The notes beneath the pieces were generated by a model. The model saw nothing but the letters and a program-made list of their open reading frames with translations, was not told the origin of the DNA and did not search any database. 64,000 bases of DNA. It comes from a virus. The stretch spans positions 1 through 64,000 of IMG/VR virus record IMGVR_UViG_3300038465_000039; one strand, written 5' to 3'. Of the stretch, positions 1 through 9,762 are shown one piece after another; position 1 is the first letter of the stretch, and every line of letters starts with the position of its first letter. The translations under genes were made by a program, and so were the position numbers.

Positions 1-138
1 ACGGCCAACGAGCCTGATGGTCAGGTCCGCGGCATCCGCTATCAGCAATTGACCGCAATCCTTGCCGGGGCTATTCAGGAATTGAAGGCTGACAACGACA
101 ACCTGCGAGCGCGGCTTGACAAGCGTGCGGCAAACTGA
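1..138 (+). CDS. 3' end of a fibre/spike protein with C-terminal intramolecular chaperone (peptidase S74-like), partial
   Basis: Frame 1 reads TANEPDGQVRGIRYQQLTAILAGAIQELKADNDNLRARLDKRAAN*, closely matching the S74-type tail of 13457..18376 (DYQRLTAPIIEALRELKADNDNLR). Confidence 0.75.
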   Translation, partial: TANEPDGQVRGIRYQQLTAILAGAIQELKADNDNLRARLDKRAAN

Positions 139-150
139 GGGAGAGACATC

Positions 151-507
151 ATGAAGCGACTATTTCTGGCGCTGGCGATTCTCTCCATGATCGGCCCCGC
201 AGCCCGCGCCGATATCCTGTTGCCGCCGGAGCGGTTCGACCATCCTTATCCCGATACGCGGGTACAGGAAATGTCCCTGCAAGAAGTCGAGCAGACCTGC
301 GACATGGAAAACCGGCACTCCGGCATCATGGCCTGCGTGCTGTTCTGGAGTTCGTACAAGGTCGGGGATACCTGCATTCAGGTGCTGCCGGTCATCGGGC
401 CGGGCGGGGTTTCGTTGCGCGATCGCGCACTGCTGCGGCGGCATGAGGACGGGCACTGCAATCAGGGGCCGCGCACGGGGCAGGAAGATCACGAGGGATG
501 GCGATGA
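151..507 (+). CDS. Secreted small protein with HExxH motif (possible zincin-like minimal metallopeptidase)
   Basis: GAGGGAG RBS; signal peptide MKRLFLALAILSMIGPAARA; HEDGH motif; 4 Cys. Confidence 0.6.
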   Translation: MKRLFLALAILSMIGPAARADILLPPERFDHPYPDTRVQEMSLQEVEQTCDMENRHSGIMACVLFWSSYKVGDTCIQVLPVIGPGGVSLRDRALLRRHEDGHCNQGPRTGQEDHEGWR

Positions 508-637
508 TTTGGCACACGTTCATGCTGCTGGTTTTGGTACTTGCAGCGGTGATGCTTGCGCCGATCCGGATCAAAGGTGATGCCGAGATCGCCGATGACA
601 TCCGCGAAGACTTAATCGGCGACTGAAAAATAACATC

Positions 638-1384
638 ATGGTCCCATCGGTCACCGAAAGCGCGGTCAACACCGCGCTCGGCAACCTGTTGCAGGCGATG
701 CTGCCGCAGTTCGCGGCTGGACAGATCGTCGTCGGACAGACCAATCGTGTTGCGTCTCCGGAAGGTGACTACCTGGTGTTCTGGCCGCTTCGGCGGCCGC
801 GGCTCGGTACCGACATCGAGACACCAGTCGACGCGGTATTCACAGGCACCATCACGCCTATCGATGCCAACACGGCAACACTCGACATCACCGCGGTCAA
901 CCCGAATTTCAGCGGCGAACTATCGATCGGTTCCGTCATCTTCGGCGTCAACGTAGCAAGCAACACGACGGTCACCGCTCTGGGAACCGGTACCGGGGGC
1001 ATCGGGACCTATATCGTCAAGCCCTCGCAGACCATCGGCAGCGAGACACTTTCCGCTGGTGTGATCGATATCGACCAGTCGACTGAGATCGTTTTTCAAA
1101 TTGATTGCCATGGACCCAGCAGTGGTGACACGGCTCAGGTGATATCGACGCTGTTCCGCTCAAGCTTCGCGACGACGTATTGTGCGCAGAACAGCCCGAT
1201 CATTTCACCGCTCTACTGCGCTGATCCAAGGCAGATGGTGTTCACTACGGCAGCTCAGCAATTTGACGAGCGATATATTGTCGAGGCGCATCTTCAAATC
1301 GTTCCCGTGATTGCGATTCCGCAAGAGTTCGCTGCGGCAGCAACTGTTGACGTCGTGAACGTCGAAGCAACCTATCCAGAATAG
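638..1384 (+). CDS. Tail completion/terminator-like protein with inserted beta-rich domain
   Basis: Lies just before the sheath; QIDCHG...PLYCADPRQM...RYIVEAHLQ is typical of DUF3383-phage tail completion proteins. Confidence 0.65.
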   Translation: MVPSVTESAVNTALGNLLQAMLPQFAAGQIVVGQTNRVASPEGDYLVFWPLRRPRLGTDIETPVDAVFTGTITPIDANTATLDITAVNPNFSGELSIGSVIFGVNVASNTTVTALGTGTGGIGTYIVKPSQTIGSETLSAGVIDIDQSTEIVFQIDCHGPSSGDTAQVISTLFRSSFATTYCAQNSPIISPLYCADPRQMVFTTAAQQFDERYIVEAHLQIVPVIAIPQEFAAAATVDVVNVEATYPE

Positions 1385-1407
1385 GCTTTCCCGAGAGGAC
1401 CAGAAAA

Positions 1408-3405
1408 ATGTCGAGTATACCGGCTTCATACAGCGTCATCTCGCAGCCGAGCGTCCTTAACCAGGGCGGCAATGCGCTGAACCTGAACGGGCTCTGTGTG
1501 TCCGAAAACACCAGAATCCCGATCGGGGTCGTGCTGTCGTTCCCGACCGGGGCGGCGGTGACATCATACTTCGGTTCGGCTTCCGCGGAATCCGTTCTCG
1601 CCAACGGCGGTCAAACCGGAGCCGGGAACCCGGCCGGAACCGGCTATTTCGGCGGTTCCCTCGGTGCCACGGCTACTCCTGGGGCGATGTTGTTCGCACA
1701 ATACCCCGCCACGGCCGTAGCAGCGTATCTCAGAGGGGGAAACGTCGCGGCGGCACTTACCCTAGCCCAACTCCAAGCCCTCTCAGGGAGCCTTACAGTC
1801 GTCATGGACGGCTACTCCCATGTCATCAGTTCGATCAATTTTGCCGCCGACAACAGCTTCTCGGCGGTGGCGGCGGCAATCCAAGCCGCTTTCACGGATC
1901 CAACCGAGGCATCCTTCACGGCGTCGATCGGTGCCAGCTTCACGGGTTCGCAGTCCGGGACCAATCTGACCACGACATCGGTCACCGGCCTGATTTCGAT
2001 CGGCGACGTCATCGCCGGCACCGGAGTTGCTAGTGGTACAACGATCGTCTCGCAAACTTCGGGGACGACCGGGGGTGCAGGGGTGTATGTCACAAGCTTG
2101 TCCGGTACGGCCTCGAGCGCTTCCTGCACGGCTACCTCTACCGTTCTGGATGTCACCGTAGAGGCCAGTGGTACGATTGCGATCGGTCAGACATTGGCCG
2201 GCACCAGCGTCACGGGCACGCCGGTCATCACCGCGCAACTGGGCGGCACGACCGGTGGCGTTGGCACCTACCGTATCAGCGGGACCGGTTTGCAGATCGC
2301 CAGCGAGGCCATGACAGCGATCGCCACGGCACCCGTGGTCACCTATGATTCGGTCTCAGGGGCCTTCGTCATTACATCCGGCATCACCGGTGTTCCGTCG
2401 ACGTCGGCCTACGCCACCGGGACGCTTGCCGCATCGCTTCTGCTGACATCGGCCACCGGTGCTGTTCTGTCACAAGGTGCCGCGGCAACTACACCCGCCG
2501 CGTTCATGGCATCGATCCTGAATCTGACGACCAATTGGGCGACGTTCTTTACGTCATTCGATCCGGATGGTGGTTCGGGCAACACGCAGAAGCTCGCCTT
2601 CGCGGCTTGGACCGACAGTGTTGCACCTCGTTATGCTTACCTGGCGTGGGATACCGACATCACGCCAACCGCAAGCGTGCCGGCGAGCTCATCGCTCGGC
2701 TATCAGGTCACGCAGACCCTGAACTATTCCGGTACAGCCCCGATTTACGAACCCGTCGATCTCAATCACGCTGCGTTTGTTTCTGGAGCAATCGCCGCGA
2801 TTGATTTCAACGCTCCGAATGGTCGGACGACTCTGGCTTACCGAACCCAGACCGGACTCGGTGCGGCTGTCACCACACAAACCGCAGCGGTCAATCTTGG
2901 CGGCAACCCACTTTCCAATGGATCATTCGGCAACGGCTACAACTTCGTCGGGTTCTTTTCTCTTCCGAACCAGAACTCGATCAACTTTCAGCGTGGCACG
3001 ATTTCGGGGCCGTATCAATGGATTGATTCCTACGTCAATCAGATATGGTTGTCGTCGCTGTTACAGAGCACCGCCTACAACTACATGCTTGCCGTCAAGT
3101 CGTTTCCTTACACGACTTCCGGTTATGCTAATTTCGAGTTGGCATTCAACGGACCGATCCAGCAAGGTTTGACCTTCGGTGCTTATTCCGCGGGGGTCAC
3201 GCTGTCATCGGCACAGATCGCGGAGGTCAATCTTCAGGCCGGCGCCAACATCGCGCCGACGCTCCAGACACAAGGATACTATTTCCAAGTTATCGATCCC
3301 GGTGCAACGATCCGCGCTTCAAGAGGGTCGCCGATTGTAACATTTTGGTATGTAGATTCTGGCTCGGTGCAGTCATTGACGATTGGCTCTGTCGCAGTTG
3401 GATGA
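1408..3405 (+). CDS. Contractile tail sheath protein (DUF3383 family)
   Basis: MSSIPAS..VISQPSVL start, NWATF, IDFNAPNGRTTLAYR, WIDSYVNQIWL, RGSP..TFWYVDSGSVQ motifs. Confidence 0.85.
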   Translation: MSSIPASYSVISQPSVLNQGGNALNLNGLCVSENTRIPIGVVLSFPTGAAVTSYFGSASAESVLANGGQTGAGNPAGTGYFGGSLGATATPGAMLFAQYPATAVAAYLRGGNVAAALTLAQLQALSGSLTVVMDGYSHVISSINFAADNSFSAVAAAIQAAFTDPTEASFTASIGASFTGSQSGTNLTTTSVTGLISIGDVIAGTGVASGTTIVSQTSGTTGGAGVYVTSLSGTASSASCTATSTVLDVTVEASGTIAIGQTLAGTSVTGTPVITAQLGGTTGGVGTYRISGTGLQIASEAMTAIATAPVVTYDSVSGAFVITSGITGVPSTSAYATGTLAASLLLTSATGAVLSQGAAATTPAAFMASILNLTTNWATFFTSFDPDGGSGNTQKLAFAAWTDSVAPRYAYLAWDTDITPTASVPASSSLGYQVTQTLNYSGTAPIYEPVDLNHAAFVSGAIAAIDFNAPNGRTTLAYRTQTGLGAAVTTQTAAVNLGGNPLSNGSFGNGYNFVGFFSLPNQNSINFQRGTISGPYQWIDSYVNQIWLSSLLQSTAYNYMLAVKSFPYTTSGYANFELAFNGPIQQGLTFGAYSAGVTLSSAQIAEVNLQAGANIAPTLQTQGYYFQVIDPGATIRASRGSPIVTFWYVDSGSVQSLTIGSVAVG

Positions 3406-3418
3406 TAACAAATGATGC

Positions 3419-4168
3419 ATGAAAAATTGCATCGAATGCGGCAAGGAAATTGTAGGCAGGCGCAAGCATGCCAAACGGTGCCTTGCGTGCTCGGAAGTCA
3501 GGAACAAATCCAAACGTCGCGAAGGAAGATCGCGTCGGTGGAGAGAGAGGCCCAAAAGGCTTTGGAAATGTGTTGACTGCGGAGATGACGCCGATGAAAG
3601 GTCTAAGCGGTGTCCGGCATGCAAGAAAGCTAGAAATTCTATCACTCGCAAAGAGGCTTCGAAACGCTGGCAACTCAGGAACCCGGAGAAGGTTGCCGCC
3701 CAAAACCGCGCGCCATCGAAGAAAGTATATAATGACGGATATCGCGATAGAAATAGAGCGAAGTGCAACGAGAGAGTGGCGACTTGGGCTGAGAACAATC
3801 GGGAACGACGGAAAGCAACTCAAAAAATTTACTATGAAAATAACAAAGACGAGATAAAGCGCAAATATCAAATTTGGACAATCGACAATCGAGACAAGAA
3901 CTGCGCGCGAGCCGCGCGTAGGCGTGCAGCCAAGATGCAGGCCACGCCGTCATGGGCTGACATCGACAAGATAGGTTTCATTTATGCTGAAGCTCAGCGT
4001 ATCTCGCGCGAGACAGGTATCGTTCATCACGTGGATCATATCTATCCTCTCCGGTCCAAATTCATGTGTGGGCTTCACGTCGAGACCAACCTGCAGATTC
4101 TTCCCGCCAAAGAAAACCTGTCTAAATCGAATCATCGGTGGCCTTCCCAGCCATGCGACAAACTTTGA
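3419..4168 (+). CDS. HNH homing endonuclease with N-terminal Zn ribbons
   Basis: CxxC pairs; ATPSWAD...HHVDHIYPLRSKFMCGLHVETNLQILPAKENLSKSN; AT-richer than its neighbours. Confidence 0.85.
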   Translation: MKNCIECGKEIVGRRKHAKRCLACSEVRNKSKRREGRSRRWRERPKRLWKCVDCGDDADERSKRCPACKKARNSITRKEASKRWQLRNPEKVAAQNRAPSKKVYNDGYRDRNRAKCNERVATWAENNRERRKATQKIYYENNKDEIKRKYQIWTIDNRDKNCARAARRRAAKMQATPSWADIDKIGFIYAEAQRISRETGIVHHVDHIYPLRSKFMCGLHVETNLQILPAKENLSKSNHRWPSQPCDKL

Positions 4169-4180
4169 GGAGCCGTCGTC

Positions 4181-4618
4181 ATGTCGATAACCAGCGCTAA
4201 TTCCAGCATTAACATCTCCGTTCCGATCATCTATCCTAACGGTTACGAGCTACAGCGATTCTCAACCGACGACATCTATAGTGCGGGCCAGGTCCGCCGA
4301 AACATCACGAAGATGGGCGTCGATGGTTACCAGTCGGCAGGTAAGGTTTGGGTGTCTAGATCGGTCACCTATCATTTTCAGCCGGATTCGCCATCATGCG
4401 ATTTCTTCGATGTCTGGGGTCAGACCGAGGACCAACTCAACGATACATTGATCGCGAGCGGTCTCATCGTGCTGCCAGGTATCCAGAAGAAATTCACGAT
4501 GGTCCGCGGCGCTCTTGGTGAATGCTCTCCAATTCCCGGGGCTGGACAGACATTGAAGGAACGGACTTTTGAGGTCGTCTGGAATCTTCTGATCCCGGCG
4601 CCATATACCGGAATCTGA
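4181..4618 (+). CDS. Tail tube protein
   Basis: MSITSANS, MGVDG..SAG, PDSPS..FFD motifs; 145 aa; follows the sheath. Confidence 0.8.
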   Translation: MSITSANSSINISVPIIYPNGYELQRFSTDDIYSAGQVRRNITKMGVDGYQSAGKVWVSRSVTYHFQPDSPSCDFFDVWGQTEDQLNDTLIASGLIVLPGIQKKFTMVRGALGECSPIPGAGQTLKERTFEVVWNLLIPAPYTGI

Positions 4619-4619
4619 T

Positions 4620-5060
4620 ATGCGGAAAGAACTCTACGTCACCATTGATGAGCCCGGACGTGACATCGGCAAGGTCTACAAACTCATCGAGGCTCCCGCG
4701 ATTCAGGCCGACAAATGGGGCATCCGCGCCATGTTGGCGCTGAATCGCACTGGTGCGCAGATTCCAGATGAGATCATGAAGCTGGGCTTGATCGGAATTT
4801 TGGTCGTCGGTGTCCACAAGCTCAAGGGTGTCCTCTGGGAAGATCTTGAACCGCTGATCGATGAGATGTTGTCGTGTGTCGAGATAGTCCCGACACCATC
4901 GCAGCGAAACGTCACCCGGAAATTGTTCACCGCTCCGGATGATATCGAGGAAGTCTCGACGCTTTCAACACTGCGCATGGAGGTGTTCAGGCTACACACA
5001 AATTTTATTCAGAGCGACAACCCATCGAAATCCCAAGACGGAGCGGCGGCCGCAGCGTAA
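4620..5060 (+). CDS. Tail assembly chaperone (G)
   Basis: GRDIGKVYKLIE..A.QADKW..RA and DIEEVSTL..LR.EV..LH motifs; between tube and tape measure. Confidence 0.8.
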   Translation: MRKELYVTIDEPGRDIGKVYKLIEAPAIQADKWGIRAMLALNRTGAQIPDEIMKLGLIGILVVGVHKLKGVLWEDLEPLIDEMLSCVEIVPTPSQRNVTRKLFTAPDDIEEVSTLSTLRMEVFRLHTNFIQSDNPSKSQDGAAAAA

Positions 5061-5227
5061 TGGACTACCCGAATGCGTCTTCTGTAATTGCAGCGGCACT
5101 TTCCACCGGAATGACGACGATGGGCGAACTCTCGACGGTTTTGTCGATCGAGGACTGCTATCTGATGATCGAGGTTTCGGCGGTCAACAATTATAATAGT
5201 CGGCCACCTGAGACGAAGACGAGGTAG
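5060..5227 (+). CDS. Tail assembly chaperone T segment (-1 frameshift extension GT); absent from ORF track
   Basis: MDYPNASSVIAAALSTGMTTMGELSTVLSIEDCYLMIEVSAVNNYN...; -1 frame relative to G and open back to slippery A_AAT_TTT at 5000-5006. Confidence 0.75.
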   Translation: MDYPNASSVIAAALSTGMTTMGELSTVLSIEDCYLMIEVSAVNNYNSRPPETKTR

Positions 5228-5231
5228 TCAA

Positions 5232-6926
5232 GTGGATATTGACGAACTTGTCGTAAAACTTTCGTTGGACCCGTCAAAATTTACCGCCGGCCAGAAAGAA
5301 GCGCTCGACTCGTTTCGTAAAACCGAAGAGGAGTTCACGAAGCGCCTCTCCAATCTCGAAGCTAAAAACAAGAACGTCGCCTATTCGTTCGGTGATGTCA
5401 CGCATGCCGCAGAGGGATTGTTCGGAGCACTCGCCGGTGCCGGCATGGTGGCGTTCGCACATGATGCGATAAATTCTGCGGCGGCCTCTCAGCGAATGGC
5501 GACGAACATCGGTATAGCCCGCAATGAACTCGATGCTTTTGGAAAAGTCATCGAGCGTAACGGTGGCAACGCCGACAGCGCCGCTGCATCTCTCAAGTCT
5601 TATGCCGACGCTGTTCAGAAATGGAGAACCGGGCACGGAGATACTGAGTTCTTGACAGGCATCAGTCAGATCGGTGGAGCAGATATCAACAAGGCAAGCC
5701 CGCTGGAGATAGTCGAAAAGTTTGCAAAATTTGCCGAAACTCATAACGCGCAACAGATAAACCAGACCGGTGCCAGACTTGGCATGTCGCAGGAAATAAT
5801 CAACACAGTTATCGGTGGATTGAAGAGGTTTCAGGATCAGTATCAGGACGCGATGAAGGTTGTTCTCAGTCCCGAACAAAATAAGAGGTTGGCGGACAAT
5901 CAGGAGGCTTGGGTTAAGCTTGGTCAGGCACTCGAGTTTGTATCGAAGAGCGGACTTTCCGATATTGCGCCGGCATTGAAGGGTTTTGCGACTGAAGCCG
6001 AATATCTCATACGTCAGAATCCAGCCCTAGCCAAAGGCACTTTGGCTGTTTCAGCTGGTATAATCGCGATCTCCACATCGCTTGCAACACTTTCCGCGAC
6101 GCTGGCAGTATTCGGCGCACGAACGCCGGCGTTGTGGGTTTTGCGATTACTTGGGCTGGTGAGCCTGCCCGCTGCAGCAGTTGCCGTGAGCGCCGGTGCC
6201 GCGGCTGGAATTACAAGCCAAGTGATGGGTGACGCCAAAGCAAAGGAATGGGATGACGCTCATCCATGGCTCAAAAAAATAGACGCATTCTTTGGTTTGG
6301 CTGGCGCTGGCGGTGCGCCAACTCCCGGAGGCGGCGGCGGTGGGTCGGTGCGCGATGCTGGTATGGCCTATTTCAAGTCGCAGGGATGGAGTGATGTACA
6401 CGCCGCGGCGATCATGGCGAACGCACAAGGGGAAAGCTCGTTCAATCCTAACGCGAGCAACGATGTCGGCGGTGGCCACAAAGGACTTTTCCAGTGGGGC
6501 AAGAGTCGTCGGCAACAGATACTTGCGGGGACTGGAATCGACGTCTGGAATGCTACGGCGCAGAAGCAGTTCGAGGCCGCTCAGTGGGAGTTAACTCACA
6601 CCGAGAAAGCGTCCGGGGAAGGGCTAAAGAAATACAACGATCCCGGCATGGGTGCGGCGTTCTTTGATTATTCCTTTGAGCGCAGCGGAGATAGTACCGA
6701 GCAGCAAGCGAAACGTGGGCGGATGGCGCGAAATATATTCGACCAGCACCGCCTCTCCGGAGACGGAGGCGGTAACACCATGCAGATAGCCTCAGTCTCG
6801 GTCAACATCACGCCGCCTCCCGGTACGACTAATCCTCGCGAGTTCGGCCGGTTGACCGGCCAAGCGCTTCAGGACTATGCGAAGTCGATCGCCAACAACG
6901 CCAACAGCGGCCAAACGAAGCAGTAG
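5232..6926 (+). CDS. Tape measure protein with C-terminal phage tail lysozyme domain
   Basis: IDELVVKLSLD start, Ala-rich helical body, AAAIMANAQGESSFNP...GLFQW...R lysozyme motif. Confidence 0.85.
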   Translation: MDIDELVVKLSLDPSKFTAGQKEALDSFRKTEEEFTKRLSNLEAKNKNVAYSFGDVTHAAEGLFGALAGAGMVAFAHDAINSAAASQRMATNIGIARNELDAFGKVIERNGGNADSAAASLKSYADAVQKWRTGHGDTEFLTGISQIGGADINKASPLEIVEKFAKFAETHNAQQINQTGARLGMSQEIINTVIGGLKRFQDQYQDAMKVVLSPEQNKRLADNQEAWVKLGQALEFVSKSGLSDIAPALKGFATEAEYLIRQNPALAKGTLAVSAGIIAISTSLATLSATLAVFGARTPALWVLRLLGLVSLPAAAVAVSAGAAAGITSQVMGDAKAKEWDDAHPWLKKIDAFFGLAGAGGAPTPGGGGGGSVRDAGMAYFKSQGWSDVHAAAIMANAQGESSFNPNASNDVGGGHKGLFQWGKSRRQQILAGTGIDVWNATAQKQFEAAQWELTHTEKASGEGLKKYNDPGMGAAFFDYSFERSGDSTEQQAKRGRMARNIFDQHRLSGDGGGNTMQIASVSVNITPPPGTTNPREFGRLTGQALQDYAKSIANNANSGQTKQ

Positions 6927-6929
6927 CGC

Positions 6930-7526
6930 ATGGCAAATGGTCTTCCTCCGCTTCCTCCCGGCGTCAACGTTTTTGTCGATGTCGCGCTGCTGACTGCGGA
7001 TGCGGTATCGTTGCCGAGTCAAGCAAACCAGGAATGGGGTCTCTATCTCAATGGTGTCCCCGTTGTCGTCGCCGACAACTTACTGACGTTCGGGTTCAAG
7101 AAGGGTGCCAGAATATCGAAGTACCCGCAGGAGCAGGGAGCCTTTGCGAGCTACAACAAAGTGACGAACCCGGCTGAACCAACGCTTCGTTACTCGACGG
7201 GCGGATCGGTTGCAGATCGAAAGGTGTTCTTGGCTTCGGTCGCACCGCTGATCAACGATCTAAATCTCTATGATATCGTGACACCGGAAGTTACCTATCC
7301 GAACTACAACGTCATCGACTACGACTACGACCGCAACGCCGATAACGCAGGTCTCTTGGAAGTCGATGTCCGGGTCGAGGAGATCGTCGTCGCCGGCGCT
7401 TCGACTTTCAGCAATACGTCCCAACCGAGCGATCAATCTCAGGTCGATCAGGGCACGCTGAATCCAGGAATAGCGATCAATCCGATCAATGCCACTTTTG
7501 ACCAACGATTCGGCGCGATTGGATAG
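6930..7526 (+). CDS. Baseplate/tube initiator (Dit-like) protein
   Basis: ISKYPQEQGAFASYNKV, LYDIVTPEVTY motifs; directly after tape measure. Confidence 0.7.
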   Translation: MANGLPPLPPGVNVFVDVALLTADAVSLPSQANQEWGLYLNGVPVVVADNLLTFGFKKGARISKYPQEQGAFASYNKVTNPAEPTLRYSTGGSVADRKVFLASVAPLINDLNLYDIVTPEVTYPNYNVIDYDYDRNADNAGLLEVDVRVEEIVVAGASTFSNTSQPSDQSQVDQGTLNPGIAINPINATFDQRFGAIG

Positions 7527-7532
7527 AGATAA

Positions 7533-7841
7533 ATGCTGATCGTTCCATTGCAACCTATTCCAAATCAGACATTGCAAATAGTGCTGGCAAATCAAAACTG
7601 TCAGCTATCGGTCTACCAGACGCCGGGCGGTCTCTTTATGGATGTCGAGGTCAACGATGCACCGATCAAGATCGGAACGATTTGCCAGAACTTGAATCGC
7701 ATCATCAGAAATCTCTACCTCGGTTTTGTTGGCGATTTTGTTTTCTTCGATAACAGCGGGACTGACGATCCTGTCTATTCCGGTCTGGGTTCACAGTTTC
7801 AGCTTTACTACCTGACTGCTGCCGAGGCCGGTGACGTATGA
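7533..7841 (+). CDS. Baseplate plug-like protein
   Basis: VPLQPIPNQTL..LANQNC, DPVYSGLGSQFQLYY motifs; synteny. Confidence 0.65.
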   Translation: MLIVPLQPIPNQTLQIVLANQNCQLSVYQTPGGLFMDVEVNDAPIKIGTICQNLNRIIRNLYLGFVGDFVFFDNSGTDDPVYSGLGSQFQLYYLTAAEAGDV

Positions 7842-8749
7842 GTTTCGTAAAACGAAATCTTGGGTTCACATTCCAGTTCGGGATCGGGACCAACGGTGCC
7901 GGTGGTTACAATACCGTCCAACTCCCGGACGGTCTTTGGGCAACGGTGAAGATCACTCAACAAGGTGGTCCGGCTTTCAATGAAGCCAACATCCGTATCT
8001 TTGGAATGCAGCAGTCCACGATGAACCGTCTATCGCGCATCGGCCTCCAGCCGGCTGCGATGAAGAACAATATCGTAACTGTGACCGCAGGAGAACTCGG
8101 CGGCAATATGCCGATAGCTTTTGTCGGCGGCATCAAGGAAGCATTCCCGGATTTTTCCAATCCGACTGAAGCCGCGATGACAATCAGCGCTGATACCGGA
8201 ACACTTGATGCGTTGAAACCGTGCTTGCCGACGAGCTATGCGGGTAGCACAAACGTCGTCGATATCATGCAGTCTCTTGCAAAGCAGATGGGCTACACGC
8301 TGGAAAACAATGGCGTCACCGGGCAACTGACTGACCCGTATCTTCCAGGCAGCGCCAGAGATCAGGCCGTCGCAGCCGCAGCGCAAGCCGGCATCTACGT
8401 CTACTTCGAAAATACCAATGGCGTGATGTCGATTGTGCCGATGGATAGTTCAAGAAACACAACGGCACCGACAATATCACCCAACCAGGAAATGGTCGGC
8501 TATCCGGCTTATGTCGGCCCCGGAATGATCTCTCTGAAAACCGAGTACAATCAAAATATCAAAGTGCTTGGGAATATTGTCGTCAAGGATTCTATCGTTA
8601 ACAGTTCTGGTTCGGGTAGGGGTGCCAACACATCGAATGGCGCCAACGGGACGTGGCGCGTCATGCAACTAGCTCATGATCTTTCGACGTTGCCTGATGG
8701 GCCGTGGTTCACCGAGATTCCGTTAGCGCAACTAACGTCGCTTCAATAG
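7838..8749 (+). CDS. Baseplate hub protein
   Basis: MSFVKR, ENNGV..QL.DPYLPGS, IS...MVGYP, GPWFT motifs; synteny. Confidence 0.7.
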   Translation: MSFVKRNLGFTFQFGIGTNGAGGYNTVQLPDGLWATVKITQQGGPAFNEANIRIFGMQQSTMNRLSRIGLQPAAMKNNIVTVTAGELGGNMPIAFVGGIKEAFPDFSNPTEAAMTISADTGTLDALKPCLPTSYAGSTNVVDIMQSLAKQMGYTLENNGVTGQLTDPYLPGSARDQAVAAAAQAGIYVYFENTNGVMSIVPMDSSRNTTAPTISPNQEMVGYPAYVGPGMISLKTEYNQNIKVLGNIVVKDSIVNSSGSGRGANTSNGANGTWRVMQLAHDLSTLPDGPWFTEIPLAQLTSLQ

Positions 8750-8750
8750 A

Positions 8751-9404
8751 ATGGGAGCCAATCAAGACGGCTACATGGGGCAAGCCGACCCCATGGCGTG
8801 GGCACATCCGTATAATGCGCTGAGTTTTATGATCAACCAAGTGATCGCCGGGAAGTGGACGATCACGCTAGGTCAGATCAAAAGTGTTAGTGGTGGTGGC
8901 ATCGGTTCACCATGTATCGTCGGCGTTCAACCGATGGTCAACGAGATCGATGGATACGGAAATCCGACTCCGCACGGCATCATCAATGGCGTTCCCGCCT
9001 TTCGTCTTGGCGGAGGAACCGGAGCGTTCATCGCCGACCCGGTCGTCGGCGATATCGGTATCCTCGCCTGTGCCAGCAGCGACATCTCTGCGGTCAAGAA
9101 CAACCGAGCTCCATCAAACCCGGGTTCTTTTCGAACATTCGATCCAGCGGACGCCATGTATCTCGGTTCCCTGCTGGGCTCGGCTCCGGAACAATACGTC
9201 CAGATCACGCCACAAGGCATCACCATTCAGTTTGGGGCCGGGATCAGTATTACCCTAGCCTCGACCGGAATAACGCTCCAGGCAGGCTCCGCGGCCATCC
9301 TGATAGCCACTGACGGGACGATCACGATCAACGGTATCGTGTGGGATACGCATCTGCATGCTGTGACGACAGCTCCCGGAGTGACCGGCGTTCCGGAGGC
9401 GTAG
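8751..9404 (+). CDS. Baseplate central spike (Gp138/gpV-like)
   Basis: VQPMVNEIDG, DPVVGDIG, DISAVK...PGSFRTFDPADAMY; C-terminal THLH metal-binding tip. Confidence 0.8.
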   Translation: MGANQDGYMGQADPMAWAHPYNALSFMINQVIAGKWTITLGQIKSVSGGGIGSPCIVGVQPMVNEIDGYGNPTPHGIINGVPAFRLGGGTGAFIADPVVGDIGILACASSDISAVKNNRAPSNPGSFRTFDPADAMYLGSLLGSAPEQYVQITPQGITIQFGAGISITLASTGITLQAGSAAILIATDGTITINGIVWDTHLHAVTTAPGVTGVPEA

Positions 9405-9405
9405 G

Positions 9406-9762
9406 ATGGCTGGAAATTCTACCCTGCTTTTGGATGCCGATCTCTGGGATTTGGCGGTCGATTCTGCGGGGAACATCGCGGTAGCCGGACCGCCGTATTC
9501 TCAGGCTCAGGATGCATCAAGTGCGATCCGTCTGTTTCTCGGCGAACTCTATTACGACACGACCAAGGGTGTGCCGTATGAGAACATCCTTGCTCAGGCA
9601 CCGAATTTCCCGCTGCTGAAATCCTACATGGTGGCGGCGGCTCTGACCGTTCCAGGTGTTGTTTCCGCGGTCTGTTTTATTTCTTCAATCGTTGATCGCA
9701 ATGTCTCCGGACAGGTCACGATCACGAATTCCGCGGGTCAGACAGCAACGGCGGGATTCTGA
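9406..9762 (+). CDS. Baseplate wedge/sheath initiator protein
   Basis: [14 protein letters not shown]...[23 protein letters not shown]. Confidence 0.7.
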   Translation: MAGNSTLLLDADLWDLAVDSAGNIAVAGPPYSQAQDASSAIRLFLGELYYDTTKGVPYENILAQAPNFPLLKSYMVAAALTVPGVVSAVCFISSIVDRNVSGQVTITNSAGQTATAGF

